Below the pieces are notes generated by a model. That model was given only the letters and a program-made list of their open reading frames with translations, did not search any database and was not told the origin of the DNA. DNA of 50,969 nucleotides from Rhodoferax sp. (GTDB lineage Bacteria; Pseudomonadota; Gammaproteobacteria; Burkholderiales; Burkholderiaceae_C): NCBI GenBank assembly GCA_049315845.1, contig JBMOJJ010000001.1, positions 1-50,969 on the forward strand. The letters are read 5' to 3'. Position 1 is the stretch's first letter; the number at the start of each line of letters is the position of its first letter. Position numbers and translations under genes: made by a program. Of this stretch, positions 29,303-39,928 are shown in pieces.

Positions 29303-29551
29303 TCACCGATAGAACGCTTCGACTCTGCCCTTCAATTTGATCAGCAGCGGATTGCCTTTGCGGTCCAGAGTCTTGCCTGCGGGCACTTTCACCCACCCTT
29401 CGCTGACGCAGTATTCCGCGACGTCCAGACGTTCCTTGTCGTTCAGCCGAATGCCAACGTCATGCTCAAAGACGGCAGCGACGTGATGGGGACTGCGGGG
29501 GTCGATCGACAGATGGTCGGGCAGCGGGGGGAACAAGATCGCTTCATCCAT
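29303..29551 (-). CDS. DUF3297 family protein
   Basis: LPDHLSIDPRSPH, VGIRL..KER.DV.EYCVSEGWVKV.AGK..DR.G.PL.IKLKG.VE.FYR. Confidence 0.88.
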   Translation of the reverse strand: MDEAILFPPLPDHLSIDPRSPHHVAAVFEHDVGIRLNDKERLDVAEYCVSEGWVKVPAGKTLDRKGNPLLIKLKGRVEAFYR

Positions 29552-29679
29552 GGGTATATTCTTTCCAGTTGGGGAGAATTTACCTCAGTTTTCCATCTTC
29601 TGGCGCCCGGTCACGGCATGGCGTTCAATTGGGTGGCGATGCATTCCCTAGCCGCGACAGCGGCGCTGGACGGCAGACT

Positions 29680-29943
29680 CTACCTTGAGATCCCTGCCGC
29701 ACTGCAGTCAATTTCTTCCCGCAGTTACCACTTCCTGTGCTCGTCATCATTCTTGTCTAGCAGGTAGGCTGCGGACACTTTGCCAGCATCGATGCACATT
29801 TCAATCACACTTCCGCCTCGCCGAGTGGCGTTGTACTGGTCGATTGCGTCATTGGCGCTTTTCGAGCCAATATGCCCACCAAAAATGAACCATACGATGA
29901 ATACGGCGCCTATCAGGGTGATGACAGCATGCATTGTTTTCAT
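29680..29943 (-). pseudogene. Small membrane-anchored protein interrupted by an in-frame TAA
   Basis: Frame reads ...AYLLDKNDDEHRKW-TAA-LREEIDCSAAGISR-TAG. The 14 codons past the stop look like a natural C-terminus carrying a second Cys. Confidence 0.5.
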
Positions 29944-30342
29944 TTTGCCTACCTTACCTTATTTGGTCAGTGTAGCCCGATTCCGTAACCGCAAAATGCC
30001 TTGCCTGCTCCGGCTTGTTGAAATCCGAAGCCGTGAAGGCAACTCAGTCATTCGGCGGCGAGTCCGTTGAATCCCGTCGTGGCCTGGTATCCCGGGCTCA
30101 CCAAGCGACCTCCAAGGCTGAAGTCGCTGCTTGTAAGGCAGCAGCTTGACCTCGGTCAACAGATGCATCGTCCAGCCATCCGCCACAGGCAAGAAGAGGG
30201 CTATAAAGGGTCTTCTTCAGCGTTTCGAAACCATCGTGGGCCGCTCACAATTCAGCCTGTTCCCTACCAACCGACTGGCAGTGGGTCAAGCTCAGCTTGG
30301 CTTGCGACTCTCATTGGCACCCATCAGAAAGACGAGGTCACT

Positions 30343-32460
30343 ATGACGGATAACAGCAATTCAAGAAAAATGAACCATTCGATCCATAGCGGTGCATTTT
30401 CCCGGCGGGACATTCTGAAATATTCAGCCGGAACTTTTGCCGCTGCTTCCGTTGGCTCATTGACGTTTGGATGCGGCGGTGGCAGCAGTGGCGGTGCGCA
30501 GTTGCAGCCCTACCCGATTGATTCGGCCAACGTCCGCACGACGCAGCAGCGGATGATTGCCTTCCCTGCGACGCCGCCGGGCGCTGTTGCCACACCGCTA
30601 CCGCTCCAGAACCTGAATCAGGTTGCAAGCTACAGCAAACTGGGCTACGGCAACTGGACCTTCGGATCGGGCCTTCCGATCGCGCCAAGATACGAACTCA
30701 TGCCGTCGCCCTACAGAAATCCAGCACCCGTGCGCAACGCCAAGTTTGCCAATTTCTTCGCCTTCACCGACATTCACATCACCGACAAGGAAGCACCGAA
30801 TCAGTTCATTTACATGCAGCAGTTTGACTCCGGCTCCTACAACAACACGTCAATCTACTCGCCAGTGATGATGTGCACAACGCAGGTGCTGGATGCCGCG
30901 ATCCAGACCGCCAATGCGCTGCACAAGCAAAACCCGTTCGACTTCGGCATCTCGCTGGGCGACACCTGCAACAACACCTCGTACAACGAGCTCAGGTGGT
31001 ACATGGACGTGATCGACGGCAAGCCCATCACGCCGAGCTCCGGCGCTCATGCGGGGGCAGAGACGATCGATTATCAAAAACCGTATCAGGCGGTCGGGCT
31101 CGACAAGTCCATTCCCTGGTATCAGGCCATGGGCAACCACGATCACTTCTTTATCGGCTCGTTCCCGGTCGATGCCGACCCGTCGCTGGGTATTCGCAAG
31201 TCCTATGTTTCAGACACGATCTGGAACGTGGCCGATGTTCTCAATATTCCATTTCCCCCCGTCAACTTCCCAGCCATGTTCAACATGGAGAATCTCAAGG
31301 GAACGCCAAGCTACTACATGGGCACCCTGAACGGCGCGACCCCGTACGGCGAGATTCTCTACACCGGAATCACCACCGATCCCAAGTTTTCCGCCGGCGC
31401 ACCGAAGGTCGTGGCCGACCCGGACCGTCGCTCGCTCCAGCGCACAGAATGGGTGCAGGAGTTCTTCAACACCACGAGCACACCCGTCGGTCATGGTTTC
31501 AACCTGGTTGACAAGACCGATCCCAACTGGCACGACAACGGGTTTACCTGTTACAGCTTCATGCCGAACGTCAAGATGCCGCTCAAGATCATCGTGCTTG
31601 ACAACACCCAGTCTGAACATGACGGCTCGACCGACATTCACGGCCATGGCTATCTCGACGCGCGCCGCTGGGCCTGGCTCAGGGCAGAGTTGGCCGCTGG
31701 CCAGGCCGAAAACCAGCTGATGATCATCGCAGCGCACGTTCCCATCGGCGTCTCCGCGATCGCTTCCGAGACCGAGTGGTGGGCCGCGACCGACAACATC
31801 ACACCGGAGAATCAGAACGCGGTGAATCTGACCGGCCTGATTTCCACGCTGCAAGCCACACCGAATCTTCTCGCGTGGATTGCCGGTCACCGGCATCTGA
31901 ATGCAATCAAAGCCTTCAAGTCTCTGGATAGCACCAAGCCCTGGCAGGGTTTCTGGCAGGTCGAAACCTCGTCGCTGAGGGATTTTCCGCAACAGTTCAG
32001 AACCTTTCAGGTCTATCTGAACAGCGACTACACGGTCTCCATCGTCACGACCAACGTTGACCCGGCGGTCGCAGACGGCACGCCCGCGGCCGCGTCGCGC
32101 AAGTACGCGATAGCGGCGCAGCAAATCGTCAAGGCCGAGGTGACTTTGAGTAACCCGAATGTGGCGAGCCTCTGCACCGGTTTTGACGCGAAAAACAACG
32201 CGATCCTTACGCCCCTTGACACCATTGATCCAACACAGAATCAGGCCGGATATGTGCTGCCCGCAGACAACTATGGCCTGCCCAAAGGCAGCTTGATGGG
32301 CGCCACACGCGACCCGACGATTCTGTATGAGAACATGGCAGATACGTCCAGGTATTCTTTGCCGGTGCAGGTCAACGGCTCGTGCAACGCAGAGTTGTTC
32401 AAGCAGCTGAGTCCGCAGATGGTCAGCCTCTTGAAGACCATGTTCCCGCAAGCATCATGA
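30343..32460 (+). CDS. Calcineurin-like metallophosphoesterase (TIGR03768/RPA4764-like), Tat lipoprotein
   Basis: GAGG RBS; SRRDILK twin-arginine motif and FGC lipobox; TDIHITD, LGD..NN, GNHD, AH and GHRH metal motifs. Confidence 0.85.
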   Translation: MTDNSNSRKMNHSIHSGAFSRRDILKYSAGTFAAASVGSLTFGCGGGSSGGAQLQPYPIDSANVRTTQQRMIAFPATPPGAVATPLPLQNLNQVASYSKLGYGNWTFGSGLPIAPRYELMPSPYRNPAPVRNAKFANFFAFTDIHITDKEAPNQFIYMQQFDSGSYNNTSIYSPVMMCTTQVLDAAIQTANALHKQNPFDFGISLGDTCNNTSYNELRWYMDVIDGKPITPSSGAHAGAETIDYQKPYQAVGLDKSIPWYQAMGNHDHFFIGSFPVDADPSLGIRKSYVSDTIWNVADVLNIPFPPVNFPAMFNMENLKGTPSYYMGTLNGATPYGEILYTGITTDPKFSAGAPKVVADPDRRSLQRTEWVQEFFNTTSTPVGHGFNLVDKTDPNWHDNGFTCYSFMPNVKMPLKIIVLDNTQSEHDGSTDIHGHGYLDARRWAWLRAELAAGQAENQLMIIAAHVPIGVSAIASETEWWAATDNITPENQNAVNLTGLISTLQATPNLLAWIAGHRHLNAIKAFKSLDSTKPWQGFWQVETSSLRDFPQQFRTFQVYLNSDYTVSIVTTNVDPAVADGTPAAASRKYAIAAQQIVKAEVTLSNPNVASLCTGFDAKNNAILTPLDTIDPTQNQAGYVLPADNYGLPKGSLMGATRDPTILYENMADTSRYSLPVQVNGSCNAELFKQLSPQMVSLLKTMFPQAS

Positions 32461-33323
32461 GATTGCGAAGCGCTATGAGTCCTAAGAACGTATTCTGGAG
32501 GGAGCTTTCTCTGGGTCTGGCCGTTGCTGGAATGGCCGCCGGCTGTGCAAGCGTTCCGGCCGAGAATCAGACCCTGTCCGTGCCGGGTGGTTTCACGGGT
32601 CTGCTGGCGGGCTATCTTGCGCCGAAGGACTGGCCCAACAGTCTGGCTCTGGTGCCGCCGGCACCCGCTGCGGACTCGCCAGCCTTGGTGCTGGACAAGG
32701 AGATCAGCCGCCGGAGTTTCCTGTTGCGCGATACAGCGCGCTGGATGCTGGCGAGTTCGGACGCCGACCTGAGTTTCCCGCATGCGGCAGGCACATTCTC
32801 CTGTGCGCTGGACGCGCCGGTCAGCGAGGCGGCCACACCCCGACTGTACAAGCTGCTGCACCGCACGCTGACCGATCTGGGGGGCTCCACCTATGCGGCC
32901 AAGACGCATTACAAGCGCGCGCGCCCGTTCGTCTGGAACAGCGAGCCCCTATGCACGCCGAACGACAGGGAAATGCTGGAAAAGGATGGCTCCTATCCTT
33001 CCGGGCACACCGCCGCCGGTTGGGGCTGGGCGCTGATTCTGGCTGAGGTTTCGCCAATGCAGGCCGATGCCATCCTGATGCGTGGCCTCAGTTTTGGCGA
33101 GAGTCGCAATGTCTGCAACGCGCATTGGCACAGTGATGTGGTTCAAGCCAGATCGGTAGCGGCAGGCACGGTGGCAGGACTGCACAGCAATGCCACATTT
33201 CTCGCTGATCTGGCCGCCGCCAAGACGGAACTGGGCGCAGCGCGAAGCAAGGGCCTCAGACCCACGCGTGACTGCGCGGTGGAGGCCGCGGCGCTGGCTG
33301 TGCAGCCCTCATTGGCACAGTAA
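32457..33323 (+). CDS. Class A non-specific acid phosphatase (PAP2/PhoN-like), lipoprotein
   Basis: K-X6-RP (KTHYKRARP), PSGH and SR-X5-H-X3-D (SRNVCNAHWHSD); AAGC lipobox; ATG overlaps the upstream TGA. Confidence 0.92.
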   Translation: MRLRSAMSPKNVFWRELSLGLAVAGMAAGCASVPAENQTLSVPGGFTGLLAGYLAPKDWPNSLALVPPAPAADSPALVLDKEISRRSFLLRDTARWMLASSDADLSFPHAAGTFSCALDAPVSEAATPRLYKLLHRTLTDLGGSTYAAKTHYKRARPFVWNSEPLCTPNDREMLEKDGSYPSGHTAAGWGWALILAEVSPMQADAILMRGLSFGESRNVCNAHWHSDVVQARSVAAGTVAGLHSNATFLADLAAAKTELGAARSKGLRPTRDCAVEAAALAVQPSLAQ

Positions 33324-33387
33324 GGGATTGACCGATCCGATCATGAGAAATCACCCCGCAACAAGTCAACAAAAAAGCGAGCGTTGC

Positions 33388-34938
33388 ATGAACAAGTACT
33401 CCACTGTCTTTTGGTCACTGCTGGCATTCGCACTGTCAGCATTGACAGCGTGCGGCGGCGGCAACGCATCCACACCGGCACCGCTGAGCGACCAGAACAT
33501 CAACCTGATCTTCGTGCTCAGCCCGGACTTGACCTATGCCGCCGACGGCGATGTCAACCCGGTGACCAGCAACCTGAGCAATCAGGGCCTTCAGCGCTCA
33601 CTGCTGATGGCCAGCTACCTGAAACAGCAGGTGCTGGGCGGCAAGAACGTCACCGGCATCTATGCGGTTGCGCCGATGACGCATCTGCAGACTGTCAACA
33701 ATTGGCCCGACTTGGCCTCGATGGGCGCGATCCAGCAATTCGCGATGTTGAACCAGATCTCGCTGCCCAAGCCAGACAATACAACGCTGGGCAACAGCTT
33801 TCCGCTCAATGTCAGCTATGCCGCCGGCATGGTGCTGCCCACCGGGGTGGCGGCGCCGTACGCGGGGCTGCTGCCTTGTCCTTCCTGCCAGGGACTTGAT
33901 TTCAGCAACTCGGGTGGCCGCAACGACGCTCTGGTCGACGGCATCCTGAAGACCAAAGCAAGCGGATTTCACGTCTTTTCGGCACCGTGGGAGACCGCCA
34001 GTGCCATGCTCGTCAACATCAACAAGCGGTATGACTCCAGCCTGACGATGCCGTCAGGCTACGCGGGGCCGAACCTGGTCTATGCAGTGTCCATCGCGCC
34101 CTCAGGCAATGCCAGACTGGTCACTTTTGACGCCAACCTGACCCCGACGCGCGCTCCCGTGGTATTGCCCGCCAACCTGCCAAAAGCCCTGTGCAATGTG
34201 CAGCAGCATCCGTTTGGCTTCAGCATCACGGCCGGCCAGCCGTTCAGCCAAACCATGAACGGTGTCACGACGACCGGCGCCGTCAATGCTGTCTTGCCAA
34301 AGGGAATCAGTACCAACCAGACCGTTTACATGATTCGCCACGCGGAGGCGCACCCGTCATCCGCATTCGATGACGGCAACTATATTGCGGCCGGCCAATG
34401 GCGTGCGCTCGGTCTGGCCGATGCACTGCGCGGCAAGATCAGCCCGGACATCGTGATGTCGATTGACCCGGCACAGGTGGCTGGCGCGCCGGGCAACCCG
34501 AACATGTTCTCGTATGTCAGAACCGACATGACGGTCGAACCCTATGCCATTGCAAACAATCTGCCGTTCTATCTGGTGTCAAGTTTCAGTCTGATGGACG
34601 TTGATTCCAGCAATCTTCCTGACAGCCTTTTGACCAGCCAGTCGGTCATCAACGCCACCAACTATCTCTTCATCGGCGGCAGTTACGCCAACAGGAAGAT
34701 TCTGCTGGCCTGGGAACATGATCACTTGCCCCCCACCCTCAATGACTTGCTCAGCCGCTACTTTCCCAAGGGCGGCGCCCCCGTGCTTTCCAACACCTTC
34801 TGGCCCAGCAACGACTACGACACGGTCTGGACCGTCAAGCTCGACGCACAAGGCAACCTGACAGCCGACAACGCGCTGTGCGAAGGCATCGATTCCGCGA
34901 CGCTGCAGAAGCTCTTTCCAACCGCGCCGCAGTTCTGA
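33388..34938 (+). CDS. Lipoprotein with a histidine-phosphatase-like domain
   Basis: LTAC lipobox; YMIRHAE (RHG-type), G..RA..L, R...T..P.A and AWEH motifs in the C-terminal half. Confidence 0.72.
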   Translation: MNKYSTVFWSLLAFALSALTACGGGNASTPAPLSDQNINLIFVLSPDLTYAADGDVNPVTSNLSNQGLQRSLLMASYLKQQVLGGKNVTGIYAVAPMTHLQTVNNWPDLASMGAIQQFAMLNQISLPKPDNTTLGNSFPLNVSYAAGMVLPTGVAAPYAGLLPCPSCQGLDFSNSGGRNDALVDGILKTKASGFHVFSAPWETASAMLVNINKRYDSSLTMPSGYAGPNLVYAVSIAPSGNARLVTFDANLTPTRAPVVLPANLPKALCNVQQHPFGFSITAGQPFSQTMNGVTTTGAVNAVLPKGISTNQTVYMIRHAEAHPSSAFDDGNYIAAGQWRALGLADALRGKISPDIVMSIDPAQVAGAPGNPNMFSYVRTDMTVEPYAIANNLPFYLVSSFSLMDVDSSNLPDSLLTSQSVINATNYLFIGGSYANRKILLAWEHDHLPPTLNDLLSRYFPKGGAPVLSNTFWPSNDYDTVWTVKLDAQGNLTADNALCEGIDSATLQKLFPTAPQF

Positions 34939-35248
34939 TCTGCCCACGGGCACACTGACGGAATTCGAATCGGCAAGCTCGAAGGCGCGGATGCCTTCAC
35001 CTTCTATATCGTGCAACCGAGTGGCGCCAATCCAAGGCCCGGTTTCGCCGAATAGAAGCGGGTGAAGTGATCTGGTCCCAAGCTTTTGACTGAAGATGGA
35101 GCCAAAAGAAGATTGACCCAAAGAAAGGAGAAGGCAATTCGGATCTTTCCTCAGCCATTGCCGGGCATGGCCCGGGAGTAACATTTCGGCAGGAACTGCA
35201 CCAACGGCTTGCCAGTGCAGCGCAACACTCAAAGTGGAAAAACTGATC

Positions 35249-36994
35249 ATGGTCAACCGCCGCAATTTCATCAAATTCTCCGCGCTGACGGTCCCGGCAG
35301 CGCAACTGTCGGCCTGTGGAGGTGAAGACACGACCGAGATCGTCGAATGGCCGATTGCCAAGGACGTCTACACCACTGCCGAGCAGCAGATTTGCCCCAT
35401 TGGTCTTGCTGCCGATACGCCGCCTCTCAACGCGATGGACCTGCCGTACTCCAGGTATGGCTACAACGCATGGCGAACCCAGCCCGGCCTGAAGCACGAG
35501 AAGCAGCAAGTCCTCGCTGCGGCTTACACGGGGGCGCCGAACGTCGCGCGTCTGCTGACCTTCTTTTCGATCTCGGACATCCATATTGCCGACAAGGAGT
35601 CGCCCGCGCAGCCGCTCTACTTTGGCTGGACAGCGCAGTTTGGCGCCCCATCGAACGACGGGTCCGCCTATTCGCCGGTGATCCTCTCGACGCCTCACGT
35701 CCTCGATGCCGCCATCCAGACGATCAACGCGCTGCACAAGAGGACTCCGTTTGATTTCGGCATCTCGCTCGGGGACGACGCCAACAACACCCAATACAAC
35801 GAGCTGCGATGGTTCATCGATGTGCTCGACGGCAAGGTCATCCAGCCCAGTTCCGGCCATCATCTGGGGGCCGACAGCGTAGACTATCAACGCCCCTTCA
35901 AGGCCGCCGGGCTTAACAGGGAAATTCCATGGTTTCAGGTGATCGGCAACCACGACCAGTTCTGGATGGGTTCGTGGTATGAGAATGAAAAAACGATGTC
36001 AGCCCATGTCGGGACCAGCGTCCTCAACATGGCGGCCGGCGGTGATTCAGCGTCAGGCGGCATCAATGGCACCGGCTTCTATACCGGCGTGGTTGACGGC
36101 TCCACGTCGTTGGGGCTGGTGATCAAGTCCGGCCCGGAAGTCAAGGGCCAAGCTGCGCCTCAAGTCGCAGCCGATCCGAATCGACGCTCACTTGCGACCA
36201 GTTCGTCTTCGACCGCGAACTGGATGCGCGAGTTCTTCACCACGACGACCAAGCCAGTGGGTCACGGCTTCACCCAGAGCAATCTAGACCGGGATTTCGC
36301 CTGCTACAGCTTTCAACCGAAGTCGAACATCCCGATCAAGGTGATCGTGCTTGACGACACCGTGAAAGGTCCGGACAACACCGAATACGCAAGAGCATGC
36401 CTCGACCAGCCCCGGCTCGATTGGCTGATCTCGGAGCTCAAGGAAGGGCAGGACAACGACAAGTTGATGATTGTCGCGGCGCACATCCCGATCTTCCCGC
36501 AGCAAACGCTGGACCGCACGTCAGGCAACTTTCAGTTGTTCGTCGCGCCGCCCAGCGTGGTGACGGACGCGAAGCTGCTCTCCATCCTGCACGGATTTCC
36601 CAATCTGATGCTGTGGATGTCCGGGCATCGCCATGTCAATGTCGTCACCCCGCAGCCCTACAACGCCAACAACCCAGCCGATCAACCGGAAAGAAACTTC
36701 TGGGAGGTGGAAACCGCATCGCTGCGGGATTTCCCCCAGCATCTGCGCACTTTCGAGATTCGCCGTAACGACGACAACACGATCTCCATCATCGTCACCA
36801 ACGTCGATCCGGCCGTTTCGCCCGGCTCGCCGGCGGCCGATTCGCGCGCCTATGCTGTGGGCGCTTCACGGATATTCAATGCGACTTCCCTGAGCATCGG
36901 TGATGCCGGCTCGCACGCCTGTAACGCCGAACTGGTGAAGCAATTGACCGCCAGGATGCAAAAAGTCATCTCGGGGATCGGATCGCCGATCTGA
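35249..36994 (+). CDS. Second TIGR03768-like metallophosphoesterase, Tat lipoprotein (paralog of 30343-32460)
   Basis: NRRNFIK and LSAC; SDIHIAD, LGD..NN, GNHD, GHRH and FWEVETASLRDFPQ shared with the first copy. Confidence 0.85.
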   Translation: MVNRRNFIKFSALTVPAAQLSACGGEDTTEIVEWPIAKDVYTTAEQQICPIGLAADTPPLNAMDLPYSRYGYNAWRTQPGLKHEKQQVLAAAYTGAPNVARLLTFFSISDIHIADKESPAQPLYFGWTAQFGAPSNDGSAYSPVILSTPHVLDAAIQTINALHKRTPFDFGISLGDDANNTQYNELRWFIDVLDGKVIQPSSGHHLGADSVDYQRPFKAAGLNREIPWFQVIGNHDQFWMGSWYENEKTMSAHVGTSVLNMAAGGDSASGGINGTGFYTGVVDGSTSLGLVIKSGPEVKGQAAPQVAADPNRRSLATSSSSTANWMREFFTTTTKPVGHGFTQSNLDRDFACYSFQPKSNIPIKVIVLDDTVKGPDNTEYARACLDQPRLDWLISELKEGQDNDKLMIVAAHIPIFPQQTLDRTSGNFQLFVAPPSVVTDAKLLSILHGFPNLMLWMSGHRHVNVVTPQPYNANNPADQPERNFWEVETASLRDFPQHLRTFEIRRNDDNTISIIVTNVDPAVSPGSPAADSRAYAVGASRIFNATSLSIGDAGSHACNAELVKQLTARMQKVISGIGSPI

Positions 36995-37029
36995 TCGCAA
37001 GGGTTTCACCGGTGCCGGTGGGGATCCAC

Positions 37030-37653
37030 TCACGCCGCGACCGCTTCACCCCAATAGTGATAGGACAAGATCTTCGGGCCAGGAATGTAGCGTGACTGCG
37101 CATTGGGATTGAATCCGGCCTCTTGCAGGAGGGACGGTATATCGCGGTCCAGCAGACAGCCTCCGGCAACCCTCTTCCAATAAGGCTGCAGGCGGGTTTG
37201 CCACTTGAAGACATTCGGGTCCGGCGACTTTCCATGCTCGGAAAACAGCAGCTTGCCGCCAGGCTTCAACGCCCTCCTCATCTCCTTCAGGGCGGCAATC
37301 GGGTCCGCTATCGTGCACAGCGTGTAGGTACAGACCACCGTGTCGAAACTGGCATCCTCGATCGGCATCCGTTCGGCCGATAGTCCTATGATTTTGATGT
37401 CAATGCCGGCTTGCAGGCTGCGCTTGAGGGCCAGCCGGTGCAATCTCAATGCCGGATCGACGCCCACAATCGTCTTGACCCGGGCCAGATCATAGAACGG
37501 CATGTTCAAACCCGTTCCAATTCCGATTTCAAGCACTTTGCCCTGCGCTTGCGGAATCACCTTCATGCGCTGCTTGCGCAGGGGTGAGAAACTGCAGGAA
37601 AAATCCAGCAGGTAGGGCAGCAGATTTCGTTCGTACCAGGTATCGGACATCAT
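37030..37653 (-). CDS. Class I SAM-dependent methyltransferase
   Basis: VLEIGIGTG motif I, FDTVV..YTLC and LKPGG...EHG. Confidence 0.9.
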   Translation of the reverse strand: MMSDTWYERNLLPYLLDFSCSFSPLRKQRMKVIPQAQGKVLEIGIGTGLNMPFYDLARVKTIVGVDPALRLHRLALKRSLQAGIDIKIIGLSAERMPIEDASFDTVVCTYTLCTIADPIAALKEMRRALKPGGKLLFSEHGKSPDPNVFKWQTRLQPYWKRVAGGCLLDRDIPSLLQEAGFNPNAQSRYIPGPKILSYHYWGEAVAA

Positions 37654-37676
37654 GCCTTCTGAAGAAATGTGACTTT

Positions 37677-38534
37677 TCAAATCTTATCGGGACCACCTGT
37701 TGCCCTCGCATCCGGTCGGCCGCCGGTCTGCGAACGAATCGACCGCAATTTGGCGGCAAGCGTGGCCATCGAAAGCGCGCCAGTGTGCGTATCCAACAGC
37801 CGTCCGCCCGCATCGTAGAAGAGCGAAAGAGGCAATGCATTGGAGCCTATTGTGCGGCCCAACTCGCTTCGCGAGTCCATCAGAACATGGTCAAGCTTCA
37901 GTTGCGAATTTCTCAGGTAGTCCTGTACCCTGGCCGCGTCTTCACCCTGGTTGACAAAAACAAAGACCACTTCTGTCTCGTCTTGTTGCGCCTGTGCGAG
38001 CACTGGCATTTCCCGCCGGCACGGCGGGCACCAGGTGGCCCAAAGATTGACCACCATGGGTTTCCCGTGGGAAATGGATGCCAGCGTCGAGCTTTCTCCC
38101 GCGAGCGTCTTCAATTCAAGCGATGGCAACACCTTCTGACCGGTCGTGCCAAGCATGCCCGGCGCACCCGACATTGCCCACGTCAGCGCACCCGCAATCA
38201 GCCCCAGACTCAGCGGTCTGCGCAGTTCAGGGCGCTTTGAGCCGCGCCAGAGGGCCAAGCCAATGGCAGCGGCAATCCCCGCCCATGGTGTGAATCCGCC
38301 GTCACGAATGTCGAATATGGACCATGGCGCTTCGCGGTATTGATCAAACCAGATCGCAACAAAGACAATCCGCGCCGTCAGCATCGCAGCCAGCAGCATA
38401 TCCATCAGGACGTTGCTGATGCCGATCCGGTCGCGTCGCCCAACCAGATGGCCTACGATTGCCGCGACCACGATAGAGACAAGCAAGAGCAAATGGCTCA
38501 CTTGAATCGCGAAAGGGCCCAGATTGACGTTCAA
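37677..38534 (-). CDS. TlpA-family disulfide reductase with an N-terminal Lgt-like membrane domain
   Basis: LGPFAI, ARIVFV..W..Y...PWSIFDIRDGGF (Lgt-like N-terminus) followed by NLWATWCPPCRREMP; TTG start. Confidence 0.85.
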   Translation of the reverse strand: MNVNLGPFAIQVSHLLLLVSIVVAAIVGHLVGRRDRIGISNVLMDMLLAAMLTARIVFVAIWFDQYREAPWSIFDIRDGGFTPWAGIAAAIGLALWRGSKRPELRRPLSLGLIAGALTWAMSGAPGMLGTTGQKVLPSLELKTLAGESSTLASISHGKPMVVNLWATWCPPCRREMPVLAQAQQDETEVVFVFVNQGEDAARVQDYLRNSQLKLDHVLMDSRSELGRTIGSNALPLSLFYDAGGRLLDTHTGALSMATLAAKLRSIRSQTGGRPDARATGGPDKI

Positions 38535-38604
38535 ATGCGGGCAACGGTCGGTTCGAATGCCGGTACGGCAATGGGTTTGTCGCTCATGGCATTCCCCGGT
38601 CCGG

Positions 38605-39903
<1,299 letters not shown>

Positions 39904-39928
39904 TTAACAGAGTGGATGACGGAGCGAT

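Noticed and set aside
30067-30342. N-terminal extension of the first metallophosphoesterase
   Set aside because: The RBS and Tat signal place the start at 30343 (or 30370).
34960-35055. Coding-like fragment GIRIGKLEGADAFTFYIVQPSG..* (similar fragment on the minus strand near 30070-30170)
   Set aside because: No start or RBS and no family recognised; possible gene remnants but unsupported.
30870-35960. Diverged direct repeat between about 30870-31140 and 35680-35960
   Set aside because: Explained by paralogy of the two metallophosphoesterases; not a mobile-element boundary.
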